Positions 47,554 through 58,414 of a stretch of DNA of 64,000 nt are shown here, piece after piece. Within the stretch, counting starts at the first letter, position 1; the number at the start of each line of letters is the position of its first letter. Under the pieces are notes generated by a model. That model ran no database searches and had not been told where the DNA came from. It worked only from the letters and a program-made list of their open reading frames with translations. The DNA comes from a virus. The stretch lies in the IMG/VR virus record IMGVR_UViG_3300042561_001378, positions 1-64,000 of that record. One strand, 5' to 3'. Made by a program: the position numbers and the translations under genes.

Positions 47554-47811
47554 TTACGTTGGCTGTACTGTCTCCTCGGGGAAACATTCACGGCTACCCT
47601 TCTCGCATTCTGCAAGAAACACCCACCCCCCTGCGGGGGACTGCCGACCCTCGCGGGAGCAGTCTTTGTGATCCTCATCCTCGCTGCCACATTGCAGCAA
47701 CTGAGCAAGGATCCGGCCTGTACCCAGGTCTGCGTTGGCGGGCTGCGACACATCCCCGCAAGCGGGGGCGATCAACAGGGCAAATAGGGCGATGGTCAAA
47801 AATTGAGTCAT
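47554..47811 (-). CDS. Putative lipoprotein
   Basis: Signal-like N-terminus with PAC lipobox-like site; GGAG RBS. Confidence 0.5.
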   Translation of the reverse strand: MTQFLTIALFALLIAPACGDVSQPANADLGTGRILAQLLQCGSEDEDHKDCSREGRQSPAGGWVFLAECEKGSRECFPEETVQPT

Positions 47812-47887
47812 GTTGTCTCCTAGTGATTTTCCAAAATACCCCCCGGAGGTTAGCCGGGGGGTGTGCGATTACGGGAGTGCTATGAGA

Positions 47888-48337
47888 TTAAGCGGGCACA
47901 CAAAAGGCGGCGACCTGCATTGCAATCAGTCGCTGGCTTTTTTGATGCTCGTCAATAATCCCCAACATAGCCTTGACGGGACTATGAGCGGTCAATCGGG
48001 ACTTGCCCACCGATACACTCTGGCCCCGAGTGTAGAAAGTTCCCACGCATTCACGGCCCCAATACACCCGGCTCACTACCTCAAATGCTTCGGTGCGGTG
48101 CTCAACCGTATAACCGTCAACCCCTGCGGGCATAAGGCACGGCATAACTTGGCCTGGGTAAACCAGGCCAAACCATTTACTGTCGTTCTCAGGCCATACC
48201 CGGCCAACCCTGGAACCTGGTTTCTGCCGACCCGCCATATTAAATGCAAGGTCTGCATCGCCAGGGCCAACCTCAACCGCTCCCAGAACCCGAGTCACAA
48301 CCCCGTCAATCTCAGCCAGCCAATTGCGTGTATCCAT
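47888..48337 (-). CDS. Hypothetical protein
   Basis: AGGAG upstream. Confidence 0.5.
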   Translation of the reverse strand: MDTRNWLAEIDGVVTRVLGAVEVGPGDADLAFNMAGRQKPGSRVGRVWPENDSKWFGLVYPGQVMPCLMPAGVDGYTVEHRTEAFEVVSRVYWGRECVGTFYTRGQSVSVGKSRLTAHSPVKAMLGIIDEHQKSQRLIAMQVAAFCVPA

Positions 48338-48418
48338 CTGCTCAAATCTCCTAAATCCTTAACTATCACGATAGTACCGTGCTATCCTCAACTAGGCAAG
48401 TACCTAGTTGAGGGATTT

Positions 48419-48616
48419 ATGGAATCATTGCAAAAGCTCCGAAAAGCCAAGAACCTAACCCAGCTTGGCCTAGCCGAATCGCTGGGCGTAGACGTTGCGA
48501 CGATTAGTGGGTGGGAGAGGGGCAAGCACCAGCCCACCCCCTCAATACGAGAGCGCTACGCTGAGGCCCTGGGCATTACCGTGAAAGCACTACAGGAGAT
48601 CATAAAACTGCCGTGA
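48419..48616 (+). CDS. XRE-family HTH regulator
   Basis: LRKAKNLTQ..LAE.LGV…ISGWERG..P. Confidence 0.85.
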   Translation: MESLQKLRKAKNLTQLGLAESLGVDVATISGWERGKHQPTPSIRERYAEALGITVKALQEIIKLP

Positions 48617-48693
48617 AATAAAGCGGCATTGATCACAGTATGGCTGGGCGCGGCGGGGTATATTAATGAATAATTTTAGGCAATTACCCTGAT

Positions 48694-48918
48694 ATGTCCC
48701 TGGCCCTGGAGCAAGCCAAATACGAAGCGCGGTTCCTAGAGCGGCAGCCGCTAGTCTTTGAAAAACTGCGGCTCCAATACGCCTTAGATATTGAGACTGA
48801 CGCGGCTAACCAGGTGTACCGGATCCAGTGCCATGGGGACTCCGAGGCAGCGGCCCTCGTTGATCGAATCAAGGGCCAGTTAAACGTGCGTCGTGGATGG
48901 GGCGTTGAGGTTATTTAA
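48694..48918 (+). CDS. Hypothetical protein
   Basis: 74-aa ORF. Confidence 0.4.
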   Translation: MSLALEQAKYEARFLERQPLVFEKLRLQYALDIETDAANQVYRIQCHGDSEAAALVDRIKGQLNVRRGWGVEVI

Positions 48919-49875
48919 GTTTGGGGCTGCTGCCATATAGATATTGACCATCCCCTCCACCAGCCCCGCCGCGCCATTGAGCAATTCTCCCTCGTTGTGG
49001 TTTGGGATATCCCATCCACACAGCAGCGCCTGCACCCGGCTGGGGTCGATCTTAGTGGCCGCTGCAACCTTGGCAATATCAGCCTCAGTTGGCGGGATGC
49101 TGAGGCCCATAGGCTTAAGCAACATCAACAGCAAAGGATTCGCCGGATCACACGGCAGATCTGGCTCTGGCTCCACCTCTGGCGCGGCATCATCTACCGC
49201 CTGGGCCAGTTCCATCAACCTATCTAGTACCGCATTGCCGAGGGTTTGGAGCTGTTCAGCGTCATCAAGGGCATCAACTGTATTGAGGATAGCGCCCATA
49301 GTGAGCCCCCCCGGCACTGGCATATCGCCGCCGAGTATTGTGGCAGCATTGGGCCACTCCAAGGCATCATGCCGCCCAGGGCCTACGCCTGGGGGTGGGG
49401 CTACTCCAGGGCCGTACAGTAGCCAATCGTAGCCAGCCGACAATGCTGACTGCGGGGTATCGCCCCAGATCCGATGCCGGTCTTTGGGTGCCCTGGGGCC
49501 GGGTTTGGCAAAATTGTCATAGGCGCTGATCAGTTGCTTGTCCCGATCGCTGCCCTCTGCTACCTCGTTGGTGATGGCCTGCAAATAGAGTGCAATCTTG
49601 AGCACTGAGCGAGGCTCAAATGCCGTGGCACCCTTAAGCCAGCGAGTAATTGAGGTAGCCGTGATTCGGCCCCGCACGCCAGCCCCGACCGTGATGTCGC
49701 TCATGTCCCTCGACATTGCAGCATCGGTGTACTCCCAGCCGCGCACGGCGATCGAGGCATCAATGGCATAGCGCATCATGCCCGCCAGGTTGGGCGCGAA
49801 TTTTTGGGCAATATGCGACGATTTCGGGGCCATACAGCACCAGGGTAGATTTAGGCATACAGTACACAGTACCAC
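48880..49875 (-). CDS. Putative repressor-like protein (start uncertain)
   Basis: HTH-like ITATSITRWLKG; divergent from Cro-like gene. Confidence 0.5.
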   Translation of the reverse strand: MVLCTVCLNLPWCCMAPKSSHIAQKFAPNLAGMMRYAIDASIAVRGWEYTDAAMSRDMSDITVGAGVRGRITATSITRWLKGATAFEPRSVLKIALYLQAITNEVAEGSDRDKQLISAYDNFAKPGPRAPKDRHRIWGDTPQSALSAGYDWLLYGPGVAPPPGVGPGRHDALEWPNAATILGGDMPVPGGLTMGAILNTVDALDDAEQLQTLGNAVLDRLMELAQAVDDAAPEVEPEPDLPCDPANPLLLMLLKPMGLSIPPTEADIAKVAAATKIDPSRVQALLCGWDIPNHNEGELLNGAAGLVEGMVNIYMAAAPNLNNLNAPSTTHV

Positions 49876-50002
49876 GTAGGAGTACTACAGCAATCAGTAC
49901 CAACCCCACACCCCGGTATAAAGCCTGCGTAAAGCTCTAGAATCTTGCAGTACTGCCATGATATTGTGTAGGAGTCCTACACCAAGGGAAGGGCTGAAAC
50001 CT

Positions 50003-50278
50003 ATGCCCAAGGCGAGATTAAAGGAAACGCGGCGGGATGATATTGTTCCTGCCACGCTGCGAAAGTGGCGAAAAAATCATGGCAAGGTGCTCGGGATTGA
50101 GTACACCCAGGGCCATGTGGCGCTTGCTTGCAGCGTGACACTGCGAACGGTGCAGAGTTGGGAACAGGGCTGGCGCAGACCGGGGCCGACGGTAGACCCG
50201 GAAAGCCTAGCCCATGCCTACGGGGTGACGGTGGCTGCTGTTGACATTTTGCTAGGAGGTGCTCATCGTGGCCAATAA
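50003..50278 (+). CDS. Cro-like XRE HTH protein
   Basis: TQGHVALACSVTLRTVQSWEQG..RP. Confidence 0.75.
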   Translation: MPKARLKETRRDDIVPATLRKWRKNHGKVLGIEYTQGHVALACSVTLRTVQSWEQGWRRPGPTVDPESLAHAYGVTVAAVDILLGGAHRGQ

Positions 50279-50864
50279 GCCAAATTGGGCACCAATCAAA
50301 GACCCAGCGGCCATCCTGGCCCACAACATTGCAATCTTGCGGGAAAACGGTGTCCCGCCAATGGAGATTGCAATCAGCCTAAAGTGTTCCTTCGAGGATG
50401 CTGGGGTAACTGATCAACCCATCCGCCCTAAGCACGATCGCCGGTCGCAACCGGTATCAGAGGCCCAGGTGTTATCGGCCATAGCCGAGGTTGCGGCTAG
50501 GCCACTGGGGCCAACCCGGCGATGCCGCCAAATAATGCTCCTGTTAGGAGTTGGTGAAAAGCGATTCGCCGCGTTTCGCCAACAATGGCCAGCGGTTGAG
50601 GCCGCTTGCCAAGAGCTCTACAAAACAAACCAAACAACCTCACCAACTGAGCAGTCGGCTAGATCCCAGGCGACCCTAACTGCCGTTATTGAATGGGCCG
50701 ATGCCCAAATGGCGGCGGGGGAGGGCGTTAGTCTCCACGCCGCCTGCCGGAGTGCTCAGAAGGGCAATGGATGGCTCAGTGTGCTCTGCTGCAAGGGTGA
50801 TGCCAGGGCAATTGAGTTGCGGGAACGGATCCGCAAATACAACAAGGAAAAGGACAACGCATGA
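50259..50864 (+). CDS. Hypothetical protein
   Basis: In early operon. Confidence 0.55.
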   Translation: MLIVANKPNWAPIKDPAAILAHNIAILRENGVPPMEIAISLKCSFEDAGVTDQPIRPKHDRRSQPVSEAQVLSAIAEVAARPLGPTRRCRQIMLLLGVGEKRFAAFRQQWPAVEAACQELYKTNQTTSPTEQSARSQATLTAVIEWADAQMAAGEGVSLHAACRSAQKGNGWLSVLCCKGDARAIELRERIRKYNKEKDNA

Positions 50865-51172
50865 ACATTTGGAAATGGACAACGCCTAATGGCCAATGGG
50901 GTCTTGTGAAAGCCGACGATGATGACATCGCATGGTTTGCAGTGATTTGTTTGACAGGGCAAGCGCCTGAAGCAGTGGAGTGGGTGCGGGAGGTGACCGC
51001 GCCATGACCATTTACTTAGACGATGTATTGCAGCGCTACCCTCGGGGCCGTGCAATTGACTTGCCTGTGGATGTGCTGACAGCAGTCGCCAGCAGGGCTC
51101 GGATCACAATCGGATCTCAGGATTGGAAGGCACGAGCCGCCAAGGTAGTAGATCAGTACAGGAGACAACGCA

Positions 51173-51517
51173 ATGACGACCCCAACCACAACGATTAAGA
51201 TCATCACCCCCCAGGGTGAGGTCAAAGACAAGCAGGTCGCCTTAGTGGTGGCCTACACAAACAGCCCGCTGGCGATCACAGCCAGCGCCCACGACCCAAA
51301 CTCATACTCCATCACGCATCTGCCCAGCGGGCATAGGCTAGGGCCAAGCCACCCAGACCAGGGCGAATTGACCCAGTTACTTGAGCGGCTGATTGCACTG
51401 CCCTGGAGCAATGATCCAGCTAAAGCAATTGACCCCACGTTGCTTGCCTCAGCAATTGCCATTAGCCAGGATTGGATTAAATGTTTTGGCCTACCTACCA
51501 GCAAGACAACACCATGA
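51173..51517 (+). CDS. Hypothetical protein
   Basis: YSITHLPSG motif; GGAG RBS. Confidence 0.55.
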   Translation: MTTPTTTIKIITPQGEVKDKQVALVVAYTNSPLAITASAHDPNSYSITHLPSGHRLGPSHPDQGELTQLLERLIALPWSNDPAKAIDPTLLASAIAISQDWIKCFGLPTSKTTP

Positions 51518-51718
51518 TCCAGCCGCACCTGGCCGCGCATGTGCCGGGGCTATAGCATGATCACCGCTATGGCCCACGCCATCATCACCACCGCAGTCCT
51601 GGCCCAGGCCGCGATCGCACTGACAGTTATGCTCCGGGCCTGGGGGCACAACCCAGAAAAAAAAAATCTCACAGTAATCGTATAAGATGCTATAATCATG
51701 TAAACACCAGGGGGATGT

Positions 51719-51955
51719 ATGAAATTTCGCTTTTTGCTGGCCGAGCTAATGGCCCAGCGCCAGCTAACTCAGCAGGCGTTAGGCGAAGCAACGGGGCTTA
51801 GCCCTGTGACTATCGGCAGTTGGTATCATGGCCGCGCTACTAGGGCCGACCTGGGCACGGCTGCAACGCTGATGCAATACTTTGGGCTTTCCTCCCTGGA
51901 GCAGTTGATCCAGGCGGAACCTGATTCTTCAGGGTGTGACAATCTCGCGGCGTGA
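51719..51955 (+). CDS. XRE (HTH_26-like) regulator
   Basis: LMAQRQLTQQALGEATGLSPVTIGSWY; TATAAT upstream. Confidence 0.85.
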   Translation: MKFRFLLAELMAQRQLTQQALGEATGLSPVTIGSWYHGRATRADLGTAATLMQYFGLSSLEQLIQAEPDSSGCDNLAA

Positions 51956-52011
51956 CCGTGAGCGGGCAGTCCTGGAACCCCGTTCAAAGCTAGGAGCCAT
52001 AACCTTTATCA

Positions 52012-53352
52012 ATGGATGGATTCACTATGTTTTTCACCAACCAATCCGTAGAACTCAGCGCAGACGATCTGGCCTTTATTGAGGGACATGAATCAGTTGG
52101 CGGTGGTTTGCCGTACCTGCAATCGCTGACTCATCCCAATGAGGATGCGGTCGATGTTAAAGACGCCCGACCCTGGGGGTTCTACATCAACAAAGAACAG
52201 GCCGAAGGAATTAACTTTGTCCCTGATACCAACTGGAAGCCCATCACCTTCTACACCGTAGAGGGCAGCGGGTTTGATAAGGCCGTGCTTGAGATGAAGC
52301 CCGCCAAGCGCACCGCCTACGAAAAAGAAGGCAAGACCATCACTGAGCATAAAGGGTTTACTTCTACTACTCTAATGTTTCACCTCATCTACCAATCAGA
52401 TACGGAGGTGGAGCGTAAGGACGAATACCAGGGCAAGCCCTATTACAAGTTTGTGGGGTTGCGGTTTGGTGATGAAGACTACAACGCCACGATGGAGGCG
52501 CTATTAGCCGAGCGTGATGGCGATGGCAACGCCACCCACCGCTGGAGCCAGCGGTATATGTTCATCCTGGTTGATGCTGATGGCAAGCCACTGCATGATG
52601 GCGTCATTACCTGGCGGGCCAAGGGCGGGGCTGGGGGTGCCTTCTCCATGGAAATGCGGGAGGTATTCAAAGACCTCATTGATGCATGGGCAAAAGGCAA
52701 GGGCAATAGCCGATTACGCATGTTCCCTTCCAACAATCGCCACGCTGGAGACATGCGTTCCCTAGTACGGTTAGGGATGCAGTTCGACCTATATAAATCG
52801 GGGGCAGACCGTGCTCCTTACCTGAGCCCCATTAGCCGAGTCCTACCTACGGGTGACCCTGCCGAGACCAAACCAAAGGATGCAAAGCGGGGTAAGGATG
52901 GCGATCGCACTATCAAGCTCTACCCGTCGCTGCTAGTCCATGGCAATTTAACACCGATGATGGTGGCCCCAACCTCTGAGCTAGGCCAGCGGATCAATGC
53001 CGCGATTGAGGAGTATGCCTCATTCCCATTGCCGAACCAAGGCAAGGACGGCGAGGCTGAAACCGTCGCACCGTCCGGCCCTATTGCCTGGCATGGGTCG
53101 GGTATCGTTGACGCCGCCAGCGTCACATACCGCACTGATGGGTGGGCCGTTATGCAGCTCTTAACTGAATCTGCGGCCATCACCCTGATGGTTGAGGATC
53201 AGGAACTGGCAGACACATTGGTAGGGGCCGTGGGTAACGTTACGGTTGAGGGTGCCCGCTATCCAGACGGCACTGTTCACGTCGCCAGCGCATTAGTATC
53301 GGCACCTACGGCTGTTACTACTGAGCAAACGGCCCTAGTCGCTGGGTTCTAA
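52012..53352 (+). CDS. Putative ssDNA-binding/recombination protein
   Basis: 446 aa ahead of helicase; function inferred from position only. Confidence 0.45.
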   Translation: MDGFTMFFTNQSVELSADDLAFIEGHESVGGGLPYLQSLTHPNEDAVDVKDARPWGFYINKEQAEGINFVPDTNWKPITFYTVEGSGFDKAVLEMKPAKRTAYEKEGKTITEHKGFTSTTLMFHLIYQSDTEVERKDEYQGKPYYKFVGLRFGDEDYNATMEALLAERDGDGNATHRWSQRYMFILVDADGKPLHDGVITWRAKGGAGGAFSMEMREVFKDLIDAWAKGKGNSRLRMFPSNNRHAGDMRSLVRLGMQFDLYKSGADRAPYLSPISRVLPTGDPAETKPKDAKRGKDGDRTIKLYPSLLVHGNLTPMMVAPTSELGQRINAAIEEYASFPLPNQGKDGEAETVAPSGPIAWHGSGIVDAASVTYRTDGWAVMQLLTESAAITLMVEDQELADTLVGAVGNVTVEGARYPDGTVHVASALVSAPTAVTTEQTALVAGF

Positions 53353-53432
53353 TCGCCAAAAAATAGCCGTGGTGCGACCAACACCACGGCTATTTGATTT
53401 ACAGTCCAGAGTAGGGAGATACAACTAAAAAT

Positions 53433-55223
53433 ATGATTACTACAGATTGTAGCACAGAGACTACACAGCACGAACAGATCGCCGCTGCCCTTGCCACTGC
53501 GATTGAGCATGGGATGGTGGTGTGGGATCCCCGTGTTGAATGGGATAGCGAGGATCCAGACTATGAGGCACTGACCGAGTTATCGCCACACCGCGCTGCG
53601 TTGAGGCGGTTGGGCATCGTATTCCCCACTAAGGCCCGCTACCGCGATCGCCTTGAGGTAGTGCCCCAGGGTGCTGAGACTTGGGCGGTGCACAACCTCA
53701 CCAAGGGCACGGAGTACACCGTTACCACCAAAGGCCTACGGCTGGACTGCACCTGCGATCAGTACGGCAATGGATTCTGTAAGCACCGGGAGGCGGTGGA
53801 GGATTGGCGGGACGAGCATGGCCGTGCGGTGGTTCCCCCGGCATGGGTTGACGACACAGACCCCCAGTCCGCAATGCTTGAGGTGATGGGCGTCATTGCA
53901 ACACCCCCCGCCCGAACCTACGACTTCACCCCACACTGGACGGTGCCATTCCCGCCCAGTGATGAGCAATCGGCAGCGCTCCAGGCCATGGCGGCATGGT
54001 ACGACAGCCAAGACCCTATCTTTAGGCTCACGGGCTATGCAGGCACCGGCAAAAGCACAGCTATCCAGGCCTTTATCAAATACCTGCAAGCCCTTACCCT
54101 GCCCCCTCGGATTGCCGTCGCGGCCCCCATCAACAAGGCCGTAAAGGTACAGCAACGAATCCTAAGGGCTTGGGGCCTTGGCTCTATTCCCACCCACACC
54201 TGCGCTCAACTCTTTGGGGTCAAGCGCAAGGTAATTGACGGGGTGGAGGAGTTTAGCGTAGACCCTGATGCCTACCCCTATTACAAGGACTACAACATCA
54301 TTGCCATTGACGAAGCCAGCACGATCAACGCTGAGCTTTGGGGCATCCTCTTAGACGCGGCCCACAGTGGGTTAATGGCCCCCCGATTCATCGTCATGGG
54401 TGACCCGGCGCAGCTACCCCCGATCAACGAAGGCGAGTCCCTGGCCTTCCGCCACGCCTGCCCCAGTGCCCACCTAGCCACCGTACAGCGCTACGATGGC
54501 CCGGTCGCTGAGCTAGCCGACAACTTCAGACAGCACCTCGATCGCGCCATATTCCCCACCTTCACTACAGCCTTCGACCCTGAGACCAGGAAAGGGGTCT
54601 ATGCCTGCGACCGCCCTACCTGGGAGGCGTTGATCAAAAAGGTGTTCACCTCTGACGAGGCCCGCCGCGATCCAGACATGGCTAAGATTCTGGCTTACCG
54701 CAACGTCCGGGTCGATGCCCTCAACGTGATGGTACGCAATGCCCTGGGCTACCGTACCCCGTGGGTGGTGGGTGAGCGGATTATTGCCCTGGCCCCCTAT
54801 GCAATCCCTGGACAAATGGTGCTGAGTACCTCGGACGAGGCAGCCATCCTCAGCATTTATGAAATTACTCTCATGGGACTACCGTGCTGGCAACTCACCC
54901 TAGATAATGGGGGAGCCATCCCGGTGCCCAAAGACCCCGCCGCATTCAAGGCCCAACTTGATGAGCTAAAAAAGACAAAGCAGCACGGTAAGTATTGGCT
55001 CCTAAAGGAGTCAGTTGCTGATGTGACCTACGCCTACGCTCTCACAGGCCACCGGGCGCAGGGCAGTACCTACCGCTATGCCTTCGTCGATGTGGCAGAC
55101 CTGGCCCGCTGCAAGGGCATGGCGAGGACGGTTGACGGCGATCGGGTTTATGAAAAAAACCAATTGGCCTATGTTGCCTTTTCGAGGCCCACTGAACGGT
55201 TGATTTTGAATACAGGTAAATAG
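53433..55223 (+). CDS. RecD/Dda-like SF1B helicase with N-terminal SWIM zinc finger
   Basis: CTC…CKH; GYAGTGKS, DEAS, GDPAQLPP, YALTGHRAQGST, YVAFSR. Confidence 0.92.
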   Translation: MITTDCSTETTQHEQIAAALATAIEHGMVVWDPRVEWDSEDPDYEALTELSPHRAALRRLGIVFPTKARYRDRLEVVPQGAETWAVHNLTKGTEYTVTTKGLRLDCTCDQYGNGFCKHREAVEDWRDEHGRAVVPPAWVDDTDPQSAMLEVMGVIATPPARTYDFTPHWTVPFPPSDEQSAALQAMAAWYDSQDPIFRLTGYAGTGKSTAIQAFIKYLQALTLPPRIAVAAPINKAVKVQQRILRAWGLGSIPTHTCAQLFGVKRKVIDGVEEFSVDPDAYPYYKDYNIIAIDEASTINAELWGILLDAAHSGLMAPRFIVMGDPAQLPPINEGESLAFRHACPSAHLATVQRYDGPVAELADNFRQHLDRAIFPTFTTAFDPETRKGVYACDRPTWEALIKKVFTSDEARRDPDMAKILAYRNVRVDALNVMVRNALGYRTPWVVGERIIALAPYAIPGQMVLSTSDEAAILSIYEITLMGLPCWQLTLDNGGAIPVPKDPAAFKAQLDELKKTKQHGKYWLLKESVADVTYAYALTGHRAQGSTYRYAFVDVADLARCKGMARTVDGDRVYEKNQLAYVAFSRPTERLILNTGK

Positions 55224-55232
55224 GAACACCCC

Positions 55233-56135
55233 ATGGTTGCTAGCCCCATAGTTTCACGGGAGACTCACGATAATTTGTCTCCCGACCACTTCCCCTACTT
55301 CCTCGAACGCGGATTCAACTTTGACCACATCCAGCTAATCCAGTCCTGGGGTGTTCGCTCGATCAACCTACAGGAGTCCCTACGGCTAGGGATCAAAAAG
55401 TACGACCCTGGCACCAAAAGACACCTCAGTGATGGGGGTATCTGGTTCCCCTTCACCAGCACCTATGGCCAGGTCAGGTTCAACACCCCCCTAACCCTCA
55501 AGTCAGGGGAGACATTCAAATACCTCAGCCCTCGACAACCAGCAAAGGCCTGGATACCGCCAGGGGGCCATGGGTTTGGGTCAGTGGAGGCCATCACCGA
55601 GGGCTGGGCCGATGCCGCTGCGCCGACGGTAAGGGGCGTGCGCACCGCCGCGATCGTGGGAACCTACAACGTAATCTACAGCATCGACAAAGACTGTGGT
55701 GTGCCCCTTATCTACGACTCTGATGGGTGGATGAAACCCCAGGTAATGAGGGCTTTGATCCTGGGAGCACTCTGGACGAATGGCCGGGTAAATCTTTTCC
55801 CGCAAATGGAGGCTTACCCCAGCGGTGGGGGCAGTGAGTTTTTTAGGTCGGGCCGTACCATTGCCGACTACCAACAGCTCATCAATGAGGCCCTGACCCC
55901 TCACCAGTTGATCAAAAAATGGATCGGGTTCTGGCCCCAGATGGATAGGGCCACTCAGACCAAGGCGATCGGAGTAGCGGCTGAGGCCGCTTACTGGATT
56001 CGCAACCCTGACCAGGTGCTGAAATACCTGGAGCAATGCCGAGAGGAAAAGATCCCGGTTGAAGTTGGCACCAGTATTTACCACGAAGAAACCCACATTG
56101 ACTTCCTATCCCAGGCCATCGAGGAACCAACATGA
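55233..56135 (+). CDS. TOPRIM-type (DUF3854-like) primase domain protein
   Basis: KYLSP, ITEG, YDSD motifs. Confidence 0.75.
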   Translation: MVASPIVSRETHDNLSPDHFPYFLERGFNFDHIQLIQSWGVRSINLQESLRLGIKKYDPGTKRHLSDGGIWFPFTSTYGQVRFNTPLTLKSGETFKYLSPRQPAKAWIPPGGHGFGSVEAITEGWADAAAPTVRGVRTAAIVGTYNVIYSIDKDCGVPLIYDSDGWMKPQVMRALILGALWTNGRVNLFPQMEAYPSGGGSEFFRSGRTIADYQQLINEALTPHQLIKKWIGFWPQMDRATQTKAIGVAAEAAYWIRNPDQVLKYLEQCREEKIPVEVGTSIYHEETHIDFLSQAIEEPT

Positions 56136-58414
56136 GCCGCCTAGCCCAGATCGCTGATACTGACCTTGATGCCCTGCTATACGACATCCGCACAGCTACC
56201 AAAATTTACGACAAACGAGACTTTAATAAAAAAGTAGTGGGCAAGGCTGAGCAAAAAATGCTCAAACTGGTTCAGGCCGTCGCCGTCAAAGAACGCCAGG
56301 ACATTGAAGACGAAGACCGCTACACCCTGCCCAGCGGTATCACTATTGAGCAGCACCTATTTAACTTGACATTTTGCGACAAAGAACGGCCCATCAAGGT
56401 GATTGACCACGCCTTTAGGCAGTACGACCCAGAGTATGGGTACTGGGCCAGCATTCCAGACGAAGAACTAGAACAGCGGGTGCTCCAAAACGCTGAGCTA
56501 TCCCATTACCCACCGACCAAGACCGGGCCAGGGCGATCGCTGGCAACGGCGGCGAATGTGGAAAAGGCGATGAAGTTTGCGGGTAAGAAGTTATTCGCTT
56601 CGACCCACAAGACCAACAGCAAACACCTGATCGCATTTCGGAACTATACCGTTTGCACCAAGACAGGCGACACCAGAGACCACAATCCTGATTACCACAT
56701 CACCACATGCCTACCCTATGACTATGCCCCTGGGGCTGCCTGCCCCCCGGCGATGCTGGGCTACATTGCCAGTAGCTTTGGTGACTCCCAGGTTGAATAC
56801 GTCCGGGCTGCGCTAGGGCTGATCCTCGACCTGACGGCCCCTGACCGGTTTATCCATCTAACGGGTTCAAGTGGTTCTGGCAAGGGGGTTTTTACCCGGC
56901 TGATTATGAAGTTCTTTGGGTCTGAGTCGGTAGGTTCACCCAACAATTTCAAGATTTTTGCCAACCCCGACCAGGTGCACCAATACCTATCCGGGAAAAG
57001 ACTACTGGCCATTGATGACATCGTAGGGTTTATTGGTGAAGAGATTGGCCGGTTTTACACCGCCGTCGAGCGCACCGCGATGAATGCCCGGTGTTTATTC
57101 CAACCCAAGGGCTATACCCAGCAGTTTGATTGCCGGTATACCGTGGCTAGCGTGGGTCAGCTATCGGCCAAATACAGCAACTCTAAAGGCTGGGAACGGC
57201 GGGTTTTCCCATTGCCGACGGTTAGGGCATCCAGGCAAGAGGAGGACGAACGGCTAGAAATTGAACTAGAGAACTGCATAGCCGACATCGTGAGCTGGGC
57301 TTTGGGTCAGGATAAATCCCTGAGAAACGATATCCTACGCCACCCCGCCAAATACAATCCCGCCGCCGCCGAGTACTTCAGAGATGCCGCATTCAGCAGC
57401 AGCAGCGCCTGGGCCTTTATTGACGAATGCCTAGAGCCTAGAATCCCCAGCGTTACCGATGCCTTTGACGACCAGGGCGTCAACGAGACTGAACTTTACC
57501 TGGCCTACAAGGCCTATACCGCTGCCGTGGGTAAGCCGCCGATGAGCCGTGATGGGTTTGTCCATGAGCTGCGCCAGGTGCTGCCCCTGAACTGGGTCGA
57601 TCGCCGGTCGGGTGGCAAGGTCAAGCGGCGGTTTGTTTATATCCGATTGCGCCCTGCCTTTGAGTTTGGTGAGTTTGGGGCGACCTGCAACATGGAGGCC
57701 CGAGGTTATGACGGGGTGCTCCAGTTTAGGGAATGGTCAGCCAAGTATGGGTTTATGCATCCATACGACCCCGGTGATCTTCTTGAGCTTCTTTATGGTT
57801 GCCGCCTCAAGTGGAATGATCACCCACGCCCATGGATAGCTGAGTCAAACGATGGTGAATCGCTAGTGTGCATCCATTCAGATGATGAAATTGGCTCAAG
57901 GCTATTCGCCGAAGTCCCAGCATCCGAGCTAAGTCGATGGCCAAACGACCCACCTCAGCCACCCCCATCAGAGCCTTGTGCAGACCATGCAGGGCAAACA
58001 GGCCTGCTTTCTAGCGTAGAACCCGTGTGTGTTTCCGAAAAAATTCCGCCGCACACACAGCCAAATAATTTCAACGAAGGCCTGCATGGCCTGCACACCC
58101 CGCACAGCACAGACCCAGAGCCCGTTAGCCCGTCACAAGGTTGTTTTGATGGCGATGGGCAAGTGGTGACGCCATGGCTTACCCCTGGCAAACCAGCGTG
58201 GTGGACGGATTTTGAGCAGCGATTGATCGAGGCCACCACCTGGGAGCAATTGCAGCAGGCTAAGACCAAGACCTCAGCGAGCAGGCGCAGCCAGATTATG
58301 AACACCTGGGACAGGGATGGGCGCTACGAATGGCTCAAGGGCAAGGCCGCACGGTTAGAGACTGAGGCTCAGGGCCAGCAACAGCAGGGGCTCAACGTGG
58401 GGGGTATGGAATGA
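56132..58414 (+). CDS. D5/P4-like SF3 helicase
   Basis: IAFRN…HNPDY.IT, GSSGSGKG Walker A, AIDD, W.RR. Confidence 0.88.
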   Translation: MSRLAQIADTDLDALLYDIRTATKIYDKRDFNKKVVGKAEQKMLKLVQAVAVKERQDIEDEDRYTLPSGITIEQHLFNLTFCDKERPIKVIDHAFRQYDPEYGYWASIPDEELEQRVLQNAELSHYPPTKTGPGRSLATAANVEKAMKFAGKKLFASTHKTNSKHLIAFRNYTVCTKTGDTRDHNPDYHITTCLPYDYAPGAACPPAMLGYIASSFGDSQVEYVRAALGLILDLTAPDRFIHLTGSSGSGKGVFTRLIMKFFGSESVGSPNNFKIFANPDQVHQYLSGKRLLAIDDIVGFIGEEIGRFYTAVERTAMNARCLFQPKGYTQQFDCRYTVASVGQLSAKYSNSKGWERRVFPLPTVRASRQEEDERLEIELENCIADIVSWALGQDKSLRNDILRHPAKYNPAAAEYFRDAAFSSSSAWAFIDECLEPRIPSVTDAFDDQGVNETELYLAYKAYTAAVGKPPMSRDGFVHELRQVLPLNWVDRRSGGKVKRRFVYIRLRPAFEFGEFGATCNMEARGYDGVLQFREWSAKYGFMHPYDPGDLLELLYGCRLKWNDHPRPWIAESNDGESLVCIHSDDEIGSRLFAEVPASELSRWPNDPPQPPPSEPCADHAGQTGLLSSVEPVCVSEKIPPHTQPNNFNEGLHGLHTPHSTDPEPVSPSQGCFDGDGQVVTPWLTPGKPAWWTDFEQRLIEATTWEQLQQAKTKTSASRRSQIMNTWDRDGRYEWLKGKAARLETEAQGQQQQGLNVGGME
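57976..58107 (-). repeat. 132-bp element, copy D (in-frame inside helicase)
   Basis: Reverse-complement copy, 44 codons. Confidence 0.85.

Noticed and set aside
47810-48418. N-terminal 203 aa of the 268-aa ORF
   Set aside because: Overlaps the minus-strand gene 47888-48337; the HTH gene more plausibly starts at ATG 48419
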